A stretch of 64,000 nt of DNA from the NCBI GenBank assembly GCA_964016885.1, contig OZ024741.1, positions 304,172,001 to 304,236,000 of the forward strand. Direction: 5' to 3'. The position numbers were made by a program, and so were the translations under genes. The DNA is from Eledone cirrhosa. Lineage: Eukaryota. The notes below the pieces were generated by a model. The model was not told the DNA's origin. It was given only the letters and a program-made list of their open reading frames with translations, and did not search any database. This document shows positions 36,796 to 50,562 of this stretch, piece by piece. How positions within the stretch are numbered: position 1 is the first letter of the stretch; every line of letters begins with the position of its first letter.

Positions 36796-37744
36796 CGAGG
36801 ACCTTATTCCAATGATCTGATCAATCTTATTGACAGATCGTGTGTGAACTGATGCTAAGTACTGATGCTGTTGTTCTGATGTAAATAATTACATTTGCAC
36901 TGCATCTAATATTATTGGCTTTCAGATGCCATTTTGTGAATAAACCATTTTGCATCTATTTGCTTGCTGTGCTGTCCATTTCTTTCAAATGAGTTCCTCA
37001 TTGTCATTCTCCTCTTCCTTTTATTTCAATGTTTTTGTTTATCAAAAGTAAACATTTGATAATTTTGTATTCCTTCACCACCACCACCAACAACAACAAC
37101 ACTAGCATCAACAAAACAAATTAAATTGACAGCAAAGAGTAAATACAAAATACTCTGGATGATTTTTTTAAGATGTCTGGTTGATATAAACTTAATAATT
37201 GTTTTTAATGAAAAGACACTGCCATGGATACACAAAACATTGATTGTTAGCAAAAATAGCTTCAAACAATGCATGCCAATTAGGAGGACGTTTATCATTA
37301 TTATTACAACTACTACAACCACTACTACTACTTGGAATTTGATATCTCGGTCATCAATGTTATTTAAGCAGAAAATTTGCTCAAATGAACATCAAGCCGT
37401 TACCCACAGCCTCAGATATTCAGGACGCAACAGTGTCCTTGCTGTTCCTAGTAGGCTTGCCTTTTGAAGTGTTCCAAAAAAGGTGGCTGGGCTAATAATA
37501 GTCTTTAGCCAGCCTTGGAAACAGTTCTATTGATTCAATCAGCTGGAGCACTCGACATCAAAAATGATAGAGGTCTAACAACAGTTAAGTTCACACTGAC
37601 ATACTCACTATATCAGATTTTGAAGCCTACAAACAAAACATGTTTTTTCCAATGACACAAAATGAAACAACTTCTTATTTCATGTAATCATTTGTAATTG
37701 AGCAGCATGTCCAGCTGATAATGATTGATGGTGGATGCTTGTGT

Positions 37745-38012
37745 TGTTGATGAGTGCTCCAATTGATTCAATCAACGGAACAGCCTGCTTGTGAAAAAGT
37801 GTAAGTGGCAGAGCATTCCACACACAAATACACCCTTAATGTAGTTGTCAGGGAGATTCAGTATGACACAATGTGTGACAAGGCTGCCCCTTGAATTACA
37901 AATGCAGTTCATTTTTGCCAGCTGAGTGGATTGGAGCAGCATGAAATAAAGTGTCACCCAGTCCAGGAACCAAACTCATAACCTTACAATCGTGAACCAA
38001 ACACCCTAACCA
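37745..38012 (-). mobile_element. tRNA-headed SINE, second family
   Basis: Minus strand begins tggttagggtgtttggttcacgattgtaaggttatgagtttggttcctgg (tRNA-like), then ctccaatccactcagctgg and cttgtcacac..ctccctgac. Confidence 0.7.
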
Positions 38013-39255
38013 TAGATACTTGTGTAGATTAAGTTCAAAGTAGTATGGATTATTTCAAACCAATCACTACTTATAGTTGTCACAAGGATTTAATTCCAAT
38101 TATCTGATCAGTCATATTGACAAAATTAGAGGTTGTGTGTGGACTGAAGCTGAATACTGGTGCAGTTCTCTGGTGCAAACAATTACATTTGCACTACTTC
38201 TACTATTACTGGCTTTTCAGATCGCATTTTGTGATTGAACCATTTTGCATCTATTTGCTTGCTGTGCATTTCTTTCAAATGAGTGACAATGGTGGCAGTG
38301 CTCACCTGATTTCTTTAATAACACCCTGTAGCACCATAGCAACTTGGAATGTACCGGAATAATTCCAGATGCTCAGACTGAGTGGCATTATATTGTAAAA
38401 AGGGAAGAAAGGAAGGGGGGTGATAAAGAGAGACAGAGAAATGGAAAGAGAGAGAGAGATATTTACATACATTTTTATAAAAATTGGACATGGCAGAGAG
38501 AGAGGAGATACTCATATACATATATACATTGGATGGTATACACACATGTATATATATATTCACACACATACACTGAACAAAGCAGAGGGAGAGAGAGGAT
38601 ACTCACATGCACACTTTAGACGAGAGAGAGATGCATTAGATGAAGCAGAGAAAGAGATGCATAGATATATTAGACAAGGTTGAAAGAGAGAGATACAATA
38701 AAGGGGAAAGAGAGAAAGTTAGAGAGATATAGAAAGGGAGAGTTGCTATTAAAAAGCAACCAGAAGCTAAAAGTTGTTTCCTTTAAAAGACAAAACAGAA
38801 ATAGTGAATGAGAGAGAAAGATATAAAAAAAAAAGAGGGTCCAGAAATGAAGGGAAGTGTGTGCGCATGGGTGTATGTATGTGTACATGTGTGTGTGTGA
38901 TGGAACTGACAGAAGTATGACAAGGAAAGATATGCATCCAATGCAAAGAGCTGTCTTTATATCAGGAGACAAGCTGTCATGCCTCAGGTACCAATATTGC
39001 AGGATTCACAAACACAACCCAGGAAAAGTAAAAAACTAAACACTAAAATGGCTTCAAATAATGTTTTTTTTCTCTGCTCATCTCCACCAATTCACCAGAA
39101 ATGCAACAATATGCTGGATATGATTATCGTCAACTTCATCAGCTTAAAATTTCAGTATCATCATCATAACATCATCTTCTATGGTGAGAGTTATAGTTGG
39201 TTAAGTAGACTGAGTAGTTAAAATATTTGAGTTCAATCTTTGCCAAGAGCATTAA

Positions 39256-39475
39256 CCCTTGAGCATTTACATTACTTTATATTTACTATTGTATTTTCAC
39301 AGTAAAGGCTTTAACTCACATAATAATCTCACATAATATTGAATCTATAAGATTTTGATATCATTTATTTTGAGAACAATACTTTAAGTTGGTATGTAGA
39401 TCCGGTTACAACTGGTTTGAACAGAAAGGGGTGAGAGAATTGTGGCCGGATACGGCTGGTTTAAATGTTAAAGGT
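39256..39475. mobile_element. TTAA MITE, family A
   Basis: ttaa|cccttgagcattta ... taaatgttaaaggt|ttaa. Confidence 0.78.
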
Positions 39476-40477
39476 TTAATCAAGGTTAGGCTATTGAGGC
39501 CACCTATGAGGATATACATCTTTGATATAAAGAGGTTAACTTTGCTTTTATTCTTACGGGGTCGATAAAATAAAGCACCAGTAATGCACTGGGGTAATTG
39601 CTGGTCTTGTGCCAAAAGTAAAAACAATTATTACTAGAAATGAGGTCGCCTCAACATGGTCACTTGATTTGCTAGAAATAGCTAAATATTCCATAAATCA
39701 TACCTCATGAGATAAGAACACATTACATAAAACAGCCTTAGATAGATGCCTTTTCCTCATAGGTCTGTTTGTTTAACCATATGAAATGCCTGTGTAAGCA
39801 TTATATGTGTCTTCCAAAAGTTTATTGTACATGGCACTTACATTAAGTAAGTCCAGCAACTGTTGAGAGGAAAAAAGTATTCCCACTTCCATCAAACCAA
39901 ACTACATTTACTCATCTCAATAATTTAAATGGAATTTCCTTACCTCTATTAAAGAGAGAAATAGAAAGATGGCATACAGTTGTGGCACATGGGTATCTTT
40001 AAAGCACAAATAACAACCAATACAACTGCTATGATTACTTGTCTTATCTCATCAATGTCCTTCTTGTAAAGAAACTTTTCACTTCCCCATTTCATACAGG
40101 AAATATATAGAAATAGTAAACACGTTTTTCTAATCTCTTTCTTTCTCTTTTCTATTCAATTTTTAATCATAAAGCGGTTTGGCAAGCAACAACAACAAAA
40201 ATAAAAACTTCTAGTGCGTGTGCGTGTGTCAGTGAACCAATAACTTATAAAAATACATATGCATGTATATACACTTATGGCAATGACGTTGTTGAGGATG
40301 ATGACTATGGTAGTGGCAATGATGATGATGATAATGATTATGGTGGTGTGGACAAATAACACAAACATACGTACATACATACATGATACAGTAAATGTTT
40401 TCTAACAAAAAACACACATACATATACATTAATTGTATTATGGCAAGTACTTCGTTTTATAGTACAAATGATTTACA

Positions 40478-40532
<55 letters not shown>

Positions 40533-41280
40533 TTTCCTTGTATTACATTTAATATGTAGTCGATTCCAAATCAGTACACACTATTATGGTAACCTAATGT
40601 TTTGTTGCTAAGCGATAAGTACATAGATACGTTAGTGCAGCTAGTACGATATTGAAATAAACTAGCCAAAGTAGTTTACATACACTTTGCTGAAGTAAAA
40701 ATAGAGGGACAATTACTGAGGAGAGAAAGAACAGAAAACCCAAAACACTGATTAGCATGGGAAAGTGGTGAGGTAGGGCATAGCATAAGTTGGGTTCCCT
40801 GGTGTTGCTTGTTGATTTATCGTATTGCTGCTGTAGGCAAATCCATGAGATAAATTTTATGTACTTGATGACCTAACAGAGACATAAATGTTGAGACATA
40901 TTTATTGTTGTTGTTGTGTAGAGAGAAGAGTGGAACAGAGAGTATTTTAAAGTATTGAATTTGGTGCTGCAATTCATAGCCTTAATTTCAGAATCAATTC
41001 TTGTCTTGTTTTATTATTCCTAAGAGAAGTATGATCAGATTATATGCCAGTGAATATTCAGAGATTTAATCATTCAACAATACTCATTGCTCTTACAATA
41101 TTGGGCCTTACACATGAAATGTATTTAACACTGTTCTCTGAGCTTAGATTGTTTCCCCACATGGCAATAAACTAAAGTACTAATACCACCAATAAAGCAT
41201 ATACCAATACCATCAATATACTAAGTATATAAATACCAATACACCAACAGCTGTTACAGATCACACCTGTATAGGTTTAA

Positions 41281-41452
41281 TAATTGTTTCTACTTTAGGC
41301 ACAAGGCCAGCAATTACCCAGTGCATTACTGGTACTTTATTTTATCGACCCCGTAAGGATGAAAGGCAAAGTCAACCTCGGCGGGATTTGAACTCGGATC
41401 GTAAAGGGACGTAACTATGCTGGAAAGCATGGTGTCCGACCCTCTACCGATA
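41281..41452 (-). mobile_element. Young Nin-domain SINE
   Basis: Near-identical to the reverse complement of 61951-62136. Confidence 0.9.
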
Positions 41453-42059
41453 GGGGCCTATCATATTGCCAGTTTTCCGGTGAGTGAAGGGGGAATTTGA
41501 ACTCCAAATACAAATCCCTAACCTGGTGCTTCAATTACCCACCCCAACGAGTTGGCTGCAGCTGGATTTGAATTCAGAACACAGAAAACCAAAACAAATA
41601 CCATAAGGAATTTAATCTGAAGCTCTAAAGACTGTTAATTCACTGCTTTTCATTGTTATACCTGTTGATCTATAAACCCATTTGTTACCATATTTTGAGA
41701 GAAATACACTACATATGTGTTTCAAAGGAATGTATTCTTTCTATATTTTTTTCTTAAAAATGCTAGAGTGCATTTTAAGGGAATTTGGCTGCTATTTCTA
41801 TCTGATTATGATTAGTGTCATTGCTTGGTAGTCACCAATTGCATCCTTCCTTATCTCTTGTAATTTTGGTTTTCATAAATACCCATTATTTTCAAAGGAG
41901 ATTGTCTGCACAGCCAATTTCTTTCCTTCAATTGTTTCCATTCCAAGTCCTTTCCTGATATCTAAACCCTGCTTCGGTTGGGTTGCTTAGCTAATAACAC
42001 TTCATAACTATCTTGAAAAGCTCTTTTATTAACTTTTTTTTCCTAAACTAGGGGTCTCA

Positions 42060-42365
42060 TAAATAAGCTGACAGAGAGGAACTACTTTTTGCATTAGTAA
42101 AAAGATGGAAGCTTGCCTGGTATGGTCATATCCTGCCACAACTCCTTGTCCAAAACCATCATTCGAGGCACACTCGAAGGTGAGCAAAGAAGAGGCAAAG
42201 AAAATCCTGGTCCAAAAACATCAAAAGCTGGACTGGTCACAACACCAAGATCCTTCTACGCATGACGGAAAAGAGAGACAAATGGCAACAACTGACTGCA
42301 AAGGCATCTAGAGGGGCACCCCAATGAGTGGTAGTACCAGTTTCGGAAACATCATGATGATGATG
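42060..42365 (+). mobile_element. Old RTE-like LINE 3' fragment
   Basis: KLAWYGHI..HNSLSKTIIRGTLEG..RRG..KSW followed by (GAT)n. Confidence 0.7.
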
Positions 42366-43104
42366 AGGGGTTTTATTCATAGTCACAGAAAGATCATCAG
42401 GTTTTTTTATATTATTGGTTTTTGACATTTTCACTGAGAATGAGGTTAGTGTTATAGTGTTTTTATCATGACACTATCTAAATTATTATTATTATGGACT
42501 AACTCTAAATCATTTCACTCTATTTCCAAAGACACAGTAACAATATGTCGAGTACTGAAATAACATTTCTTTAAATCGTTTCACTTTATTTTCAAACAAA
42601 TGGTGGTAATTATTATTATTATTATCATTATTATTATTGCCTTCTGACCAGGAAATATCAGGTTGACGCCCAGCAGGCATAGTTGTACCCCATGGTAGGT
42701 GGAACTCTTTAGTCTTGGCAGAGAGTCCACCATTGAAATGATGTCAAAAAAAACATACTGGTTGATGGCTAACCTTAAAATGTACCACTTCAACCTCTGA
42801 GTGAAATACCAAATATAACTATGAAAGTATGAGACTTAGCAGAAGTATGAGATTGCAAGACAATGCCATACAGTATTTAGTTTCATGCTGTAACACTGAG
42901 TACAAATCCTATTATGGGCAACTTTATATTTCACCCATCTGGAAGTAAATAAATTAAACACTAGTTGTGTAATATCTGTGTGTCAAAGAAAGATCATGAT
43001 ATCACCACTATCATCATCAGCAACAGCATCGTAAATATGTGTGCTGATGTAAAAATATCTTAATCATCAGCAGCATCATAAATGTGTATGCCGGTGTATG
43101 ATGA

Positions 43105-43702
43105 TAATTGTTTCTACTTTAGGCACAAGGCCAGCAATTACCCAGTACATTACTGGTACTTTATTTTATCGACCCCGTAAGGATGAAAGGCAAAGTTAAC
43201 CTCGGCGGGATTTGAACTCAGACTGTAAAGGGACGTAACTATGCTAGAAAGCATGGCGTCCAACCCTCTACCGATACTCCCAATTCACCGCACTTGTATG
43301 ATAATAATAATAATAATTTCTGATTTAGGCACAAGGCCAGCAATTTGGGGGTGGGAAAGTTGATTAAATTGACCCCAGTGTATTACTGATGCATTATTTT
43401 ATCGACCCTGTAAGGATGAAAGGCAAAGCTAACCTCGGCAAGATTTGAACTCAGAATGTAAAGAGCCATAACTCTATTCCAAAAAGCATGGTGTCCAATA
43501 TTCTACCAATTCTGTCAATCCCCCACCCTTAATAATAATAATTGTTTCTACTTTTGGCACAAGGCCAGCAATTACCCTCAGTGCATTGCTGGTGCTTTAT
43601 TTTATCAACCCTGTAAGGATGAAAGGCAAAGTTAACCTTGGCAGGATTTGAACTCAAAACATAAAGGGTCATAACTATGCTGCGAAACATGGTGTCCAAC
43701 AC
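43105..43702 (-). mobile_element. Three tandem Nin-SINEs
   Basis: Copies at ~43105, ~43315 and ~43540; first copy flanked by a tgtatgat direct repeat. Confidence 0.88.
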
Positions 43703-43759
43703 ACTAATAATATGCAAGGAAATGAAAAGAAAAACAACAGGCATATCTGAAAAGGGTTA

Positions 43760-44830
43760 GTTTGTTGATGAAAAGTAACTTGAATGTGAGGAATTTATTC
43801 TTGGCAATAAATGACATGAACAGTATCAACAATCTGGTATAGCGCTGCATTCATAGGGTGGACAAAAGAAGAAACCCAAGAGTTGGATAGACAGACATGG
43901 AAACTATGGTGAAAGGTGGTGCTCTGCACCTAAAGTTAGATGTTTTATTGGAAGGAAAAATGGAGGAATTGGACTTGTAAGAAGCTTACAAGTAGTGATA
44001 AGATATTATTGGAAGCTGTAGCACAAGAAGAAGGGTTATCAAAAGATAGTGTTGAAAACAAGGAAAACTACAAAAAAAAAGGGTGGAAAATGAAAAACAA
44101 GAAGAGTTTAAAAGAAGATCGCAGCATGATCAGTTTGGAAGAGACACAGAAAACAAAACATTGAGTGAGTCATAGAACTAGTTTAAGAAAGGGAAACTTT
44201 AAAAGGAAAACAGAAAGCTTACAATAAGCAGCTCAAGAGCAGGCTCTAAATTCCATTGCAGTAAAAAAAGGAAATTACAAAATGGATGTAGATTGTGTGG
44301 GATTCACGAGGAGAATGTGTTGCATTTTGTCAATGGCTGCAAAACATTAGCACAAAAAGAAAACAAAAGAAGGCATGGGAAGGTTTGTGCTAATCTGGAA
44401 TGGATATTTGCAAGTATGGCATTGATGTTGAAAAATGGTACCAGCACAAACCAGAATCTGTGGTAGTAAACAAAAGTGTTAACATGTGACATATGAGCAT
44501 TCAAATGAATAGGGAGATCAAATACAAACAACCTGACATCGTAGGAATTAAGAAAAAGACAAATAAGGGTTTCATAATTGATGTAGCCTGTCCTCAGATA
44601 CCAATCTGGTGGAAAAGCGAAATGAGAAGTTAGGAAATTACTCTGGCTGTAGGTGAGAAATAGCAAGGGTGTGGAATAAAGAGATACACATCATCCCTTT
44701 AATCATTGGTGCTTTGGGATCAATCCCACCAAATTTCCATGACCACTTGAAAATACTCAACATAGAGTATGGAGGTGAGTACTCCTCAGAAATCAGTACT
44801 TTTAGGGACAACACATATTCTCCAAAAAAT
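43760..44830 (+). mobile_element. Decayed REL-endonuclease LINE 3' region (CCHC + REL)
   Basis: KRKTESL..AAQEQAL, ENVLHFVNGCKTLAQKE..RH, PDIV, IIPLIIGALG, QKSVLLGTTHIL with many stops. Confidence 0.8.
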
Positions 44831-44867
44831 TAAATGAGTGATGAGCCAGTCGTTCTCCACGTCTTAA

Positions 44868-45064
44868 CTGTTTAGTATTTACACTGGCTGCATCTGACCA
44901 GAATTCTCTCCCCTTTTTCAAACCAGCAGCTCACATCGACAAAGATATTGTTCTTAAAATAAACAATAACATCATCAAAATATCATAGATTTGAGATTAT
45001 GTGAGATAATGCCTTTACTGCAAATATACAAAAGCAAATATAGAGTGATGTAAATACTAAAGGG
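44868..45064. mobile_element. TTAA MITE, family A (reverse orientation)
   Basis: ttaa|ctgtttagtattta ... taaatactaaaggg|ttaa. Confidence 0.7.
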
Positions 45065-45159
45065 TTAAGCTTATGTTAAGCCTGATGTGGATTCCTAAGT
45101 AATCAGCAGTAACACCTAAAGCTGTGAAAAGATGATGATGACGATGATGATGATTAAGG

Positions 45160-45400
45160 GTGTATAATGAATTGCTGCATGAACATTTGAGGATGTGGAA
45201 TTGCAGGAAGGTAAAGATAATACCAGTTATTATTGGATCTTTGGGTACATTGTTAAGCAGTCTTGAACGATGGTTAGACAAGATAGAGATGAAAGAAGAA
45301 TTTAGCATTATACAAAGGGCATACTTGTTAGAGACAGCATGGATCTTGAGATATGTGTTGAATACCTGAGGTCAAATGGGATTGACTTGGCAGTTGGCAA
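45160..45400 (+). mobile_element. REL LINE extreme 3' fragment
   Basis: LRMWNCRKVKIIPVIIGSLG..IQRAYLLETAWILRYVL*. Confidence 0.75.
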
Positions 45401-45421
45401 AAATTCCGGTTTGAACATTTA

Positions 45422-45733
45422 CTCTTGGGTCCCAAATAACAGGAGGAGGGAGGCATAATTTTTCTAGGTCATCTCTGTTTATTTTTTTAAAAACCAGAAT
45501 TAGTTCTTTAGTTTACATATTGAAACCCCCAACCCATCCTATTTATTTTATAACGTATGGGATTTTTTGTCATGTATAATGTTTTTCAATGTTGTCACAG
45601 GAATGCTAGCACTTAAAATAAAATGTCAGTGGAGATAGATTAGCAAAATTTAACAAAAATTAACAGTGAGGGATGATGGAAAAAAATCTCAAAAATTAAA
45701 AGTGGGTGGGGACGATTATTCAAGACATGAGAG
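45422..45733. mobile_element. TA-flanked MITE, same family as 19301-19578
   Basis: ta|ctcttgggtc ... gacatgagag|ta; shared internal sequence. Confidence 0.7.
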
Positions 45734-45844
45734 TATACTGTGTCATTACAAAATAATAATAAATAAATAAATAAATAAATGTGTGTGCCAATATAAGAAC
45801 AGCAGCATGTGTGTACTAATCAAAGAACATAGACATCATTATTT

Positions 45845-47063
45845 CTTTCGCTTTTTGTGGAAGTGACACACTCCGATGGTCAGGCGGTCCATCTGCTGTC
45901 AACACCCGCAACGTGGAGGGCTGGGCATGCCGTGGCTGATGATGCACAGACACGCGCTCAGGCTACGACATCTCCACCTCTTCCTCGACGGTGATCTAGT
46001 GTGGTCGCCATTTGCTAGACGTGTTTTTCCCCAGCTCATCTCCTTGACGGAACTGCAGTCCTGGGTCAAGCAAAGACTAAGAGGGAGCGCTTGGAGACTG
46101 GAATGTATCCAGGTGCTCATGGCCCTCGACCAGTCAGGCAATGTATCGGTGGAAACTCCACCTTGGCGTTCTATAGAGGATTAGTGGAGGGGAAGAGCGA
46201 CGACGTACTTGGGGAAACTCTAGGCGTCGATGAAAATCAACTAGCCAATCTCTTCGGAAGAACTTTCAGGCCGGGGACTATGGACAATTTCCAGAAATCT
46301 CTGGCCTGGCAGTGCTACCGAGGAGCTTTGCCAGTTCGGGATAAACTCTACAGGCATGGAGGTGCCGTCAGCCGGGCATGTCCGAGATGTGCGCAGGGCG
46401 ACGAAACCGTCCTGCATGCACTCGTCCAGTGTCGGAGTATTGCTGACTTGTGGGTTTATGTCGAACACCTGCTGTCGCGTATAGAACGGATCCGGCTATC
46501 AGCTGAGTCCATCGTGAGGATTGCCCTGCCCTCTTCCTTTAGCCGGGAAAGGCAGGCAGTTTTTAACTGTCTGGTGGCCACGGCAAAAGAGATAGTATGG
46601 TGGACGCGTCTGAGGGCTGAAGATGAGCACTTACCTCTTCGGTGATGCCCTGATTAACTTTTTCAAATTTCATTTGAAAAGGAAAATCAGGGTAGAGAGG
46701 GAAGTGCTCTCTTCCCAGCATTTTGTTGAAAGATGGGTGAGAGAGGCAAGAATGGCCCGAGTGAATGAACCTACTCTGAATATTTGCCTGTAAATTGAAG
46801 GTGGAAAACTGGGAGAGGGCACTTGCCCTGGTGGTCAGGGTCACCATGGCTTTTTTAATGGGCTTTCTCCACGATGGCCCTCGGAAGACTCCACCCTATT
46901 GGGGAATTTTTTTCATTGTTCTTTTTTTGTTACATCCTCTGTTTTTTGTTTTTTTACACGCAGAAATGCCCATTTGCACCGTCCTGTATTGTCCTGTATT
47001 GTCCTTAATGTCTACTTTGTGTAAACCCTTGTGGTTAATAAAGAAAGCATTATTACTATTATT
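45845..47063 (+). mobile_element. Tx1/L1-clade LINE 3' fragment (zf-RVT region plus 3' UTR)
   Basis: GC-rich block; CQHPQRGGLGMP, KSLAWQCYRGALPVRDKL..CPRC..DETVLHALVQC (CCHC zinc-binding domain typical of L1/Tx1 ORF2); frameshifted; ends ccttgtggttaataaagaaagcattatt. Confidence 0.9.
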
Positions 47064-47150
47064 ATAAAATACCAGTAACACACTGGGGTCAATTTAATCG
47101 ACTTACCCCTCCTTCAAAATTGTTGACCTTATGTCTAAATCAGAAACCAT

Positions 47151-47510
47151 TGATTGGCAGTATCGGTAGAGAGTCGGACGCCATGCTTTCCAGCATAGTT
47201 ATGTCCCTTTACGGTCTGAGTTCAAATCCCGCCAAGGTTAGCTTGGCCTTTCATCCTTACGGGGTCGATAAAATAAAAGTACCAGTAATGTACTGGGTAA
47301 TTGCTGGCCTTGTGCCAAAAGTAGAAACAATTATTACTAAGCACCGACTTATGGCCCTTTATGGTCTGTGTTCAAATCCGCTGAGGTTAACTTTACCTTT
47401 CATCCTTACAGGGTCGAAAATAAAGCACCAGTAACATACTGGGGTCAATTTAATCGACTTTCCCTGCCCCCCTAAATTACTGGCCTTGTGCCTATACTAG
47501 AAATCATTAT
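47151..47510 (+). mobile_element. Nin-SINE copies in tandem
   Basis: TTGGCAGTATCGG, GAGTTCAAATCC and the Nin core. Confidence 0.88.
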
Positions 47511-47534
47511 TATTATTATTATTATTATTCAGGC

Positions 47535-47990
47535 AAGGCATGCATTATCCCTCTGTCTGGTGGCTATGGCAGTAGAAGTTGTATAGTGGATGTGACTGAA
47601 AGGACTGAAGATACACACTTTCCTCATCAGCCAAACTCTCACCTTTTCAAATTACATTTGGGAAGGAAGGTGAGGGTGAAGAGGGAAGTACTGCCTCTCA
47701 GTACATTTGTTAAAAGGTGGGTGAATGTAAGGAGGATGGACTGAGGGAGTGGACTTATTTTGAGCATGCGCCTGTAGGCTGAAGAGTGAGCTAAGGAGTA
47801 ATTTCCTATGATGCTCTTAATGTTAGGGTTGCTATGAGGTTCCGAAATGACCCCTGAATCCCTTATTGGGGATTTCTTTTGTTTAGAATTTTTCATCATT
47901 TTACATGCTTTTTATATGTAAATCCTCACTATCCCTGTCTTTTGTATTGTCCATAATATATTTGGCTCTTGTTGTTAATAAATAAATCAT
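47535..47990 (+). mobile_element. Older Tx1/L1-like 3' fragment
   Basis: FKLHLGRKVRVKREVLPLSTFVKRWV; 3' UTR ccttattggggatt..ttgttgttaataaa. Confidence 0.7.
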
Positions 47991-48520
47991 TACCATCATT
48001 ATTATTATTATAACCCCACCCAACATTTTATTTAAATTCCTAGTTTAAATTCCGAGATATATAAATAACTATAAATATAAATAGTTTGTTCACAACTTAT
48101 ACACAAATCTCTGTGACAAGTACTTCAAGAGAAGTCAACATGCACAATGACATTCACCACCATATTTCTGTGTGTTTTGTGTGTGTGTATATATGTATAT
48201 ATATATATATTGCCTGAATGTATGGTTGTTATCACTAAAGAATGAGCCCTCGATATGTAATCATCATCATTATCATCATCGTTTAACGTCTATCTTCCAC
48301 GCTAGCATGGGTTTAGACGGGATCATAGAGGTAAATATACAGCCAACCCATGGAAGCATAGAAAAACGGACGTAAAAATGATGATGATGATACATACACA
48401 TATATACACACACATATATATAATATATATATATATAGGGAAAAGCGGACATATGATGATGATGATGATATATATATATATATATATATATAGGGAAAAG
48501 CGGACATATGATGATGATGA

Positions 48521-48561
<41 letters not shown>

Positions 48562-50360
48562 CATACACACAAACATATACATATCTATATAGTATCATCA
48601 TAATTTAACAGATGTTAATTGTTGATGATATATATATATACAGAGAGAGAGAGAGGGAGGGAGGGTGACAAATAAACAAACAAATCTCTTCTGGAATTAT
48701 ATTCTAGTGGATAGGAATTTCAAATATAAATGTTTATCATGTAAACTGAATGAATAGATTCCACTGCATTTCTTTGGTTATACAATGGTGACACCACAAT
48801 ACAAAGATAGGTTATTTTAAAATGGTGGCTCATCCAAACACCAGAACCATGATTAAATAGATATCTGGTATTGGTTAAATAACCTCAAGAACACAATGCA
48901 ATACATGATAAATTAAAAGGCTCTTAACTCTTCATGGCATGTCTTGGGTATTTTAAACATAACAGTGCCCATCACTTTTCAGGTCAAAACACAGCCAATT
49001 TTTTTCTAAAGAAGGAAAGAATCAACATCCAGTACTGGTACTTTATTTATCAACCTTGAAAGGGTGAAAGACAAAGTTGACTCCAACTCACAACACAGTG
49101 AGCTGGAACAAATACCTAGGCATTTTAAACCCAGCACTCAGATTTAAAATACCTTAGTATTTGTTCCAGCTCACTACACTCTAAATTCAAATTCTGCCAT
49201 GGTCAACTTTACTTTTCATCCTTTCTAAATTGATAAAGTACCAGTCCAATACTGAGGTAAATACTAGGTTTAAAATGCTCAAGATGTATCGACACAGCGC
49301 CCCTATGACTCCAGGACCCTTTACCTTATATTTGATTAAAATATACATATCTAGGAGCATCCATGTACATAGCTATATGTAATATCATGTAGAAAGATGG
49401 ATCCTCCATTAGTTTTAACAATGAGTATTGAGTTTTTCAATCAACTGGGTATCCTACTCATTAAGTTAACATATAAGTAACTGAGATATGTGTACCTTTA
49501 ACATAATTCTCAAGCAAAATCAGTGTGACAAGGTAAGTAGTATGGCTGACTCTTTGAATTACACACAGAGTATGAATAAACTAAGAGAAAAGTTAAGTAT
49601 AAGAGAAATTAGACAGACTGCAGCATATTAAAAATTACTTAAATTTACTGCATATTTTCATGATTTGCCCACTAGTAAAGATAGTATAAACATTTGAATT
49701 AACAAACTAAAATTGGAACCACATTAGCAAGACATTCTTTAAGAATTAAAGCCTTTATTTTACTGCAAATTTTCACAACAATCTGTCCACCAGTAGAAAT
49801 ATTATAAACATTTGAATTAACAAACCAGTTTTTTATTGTTTTGTTTTCTTTTTTATCACAGGTTTGCTCAATCATGACCTCTGACATGTTTCTGGTACAC
49901 TGGTGTCAAAGGATTTTGTAAACTATAATATATACACACACACACACACACACATGCAGTGGACAGAATGCTTTGCGGTATTTGTTTCAGTTCTCTGTGC
50001 ACTATGTTCAAATCCTGCTATTGTCAACTTCACCTTTCAACATTTTGAGGTTGATAAAAAAAAGTACCAATCCAATATTGGGTGAATTCTTCCTCAATAT
50101 CTCTTTCTTACTTCATCTCTCTAACCCTCCGATTCTCCTTCTCTGGAGGAAATCAGCTATGCTTCTACAGGTGGGCTCTGCCAGGTTTGAGTTGCCCTTA
50201 CACACACACTAATATATTTAAATATACTTACTACACACACGTATATATTTCAATATACTTACTACACAGACGTATACATTTAAACATAGTCACTACACAC
50301 ACACACACCTATATATTTAAATATACTACTCACACACGTATGTATTTAAATATATTTACT

Positions 50361-50393
<33 letters not shown>

Positions 50394-50562
50394 CATATTT
50401 AAATATAGCTATTACACACATGCACACAGTCATGACAATTCAGTCAACGAATGATTTAGTGTTCAATTTAAAAAAATATATTAAAATATATTCATTTATA
50501 TTTCATATTTTTTATTTATTTTTAAATAGACCTGAAGACATAGGTTACATTTTTTAATAATA

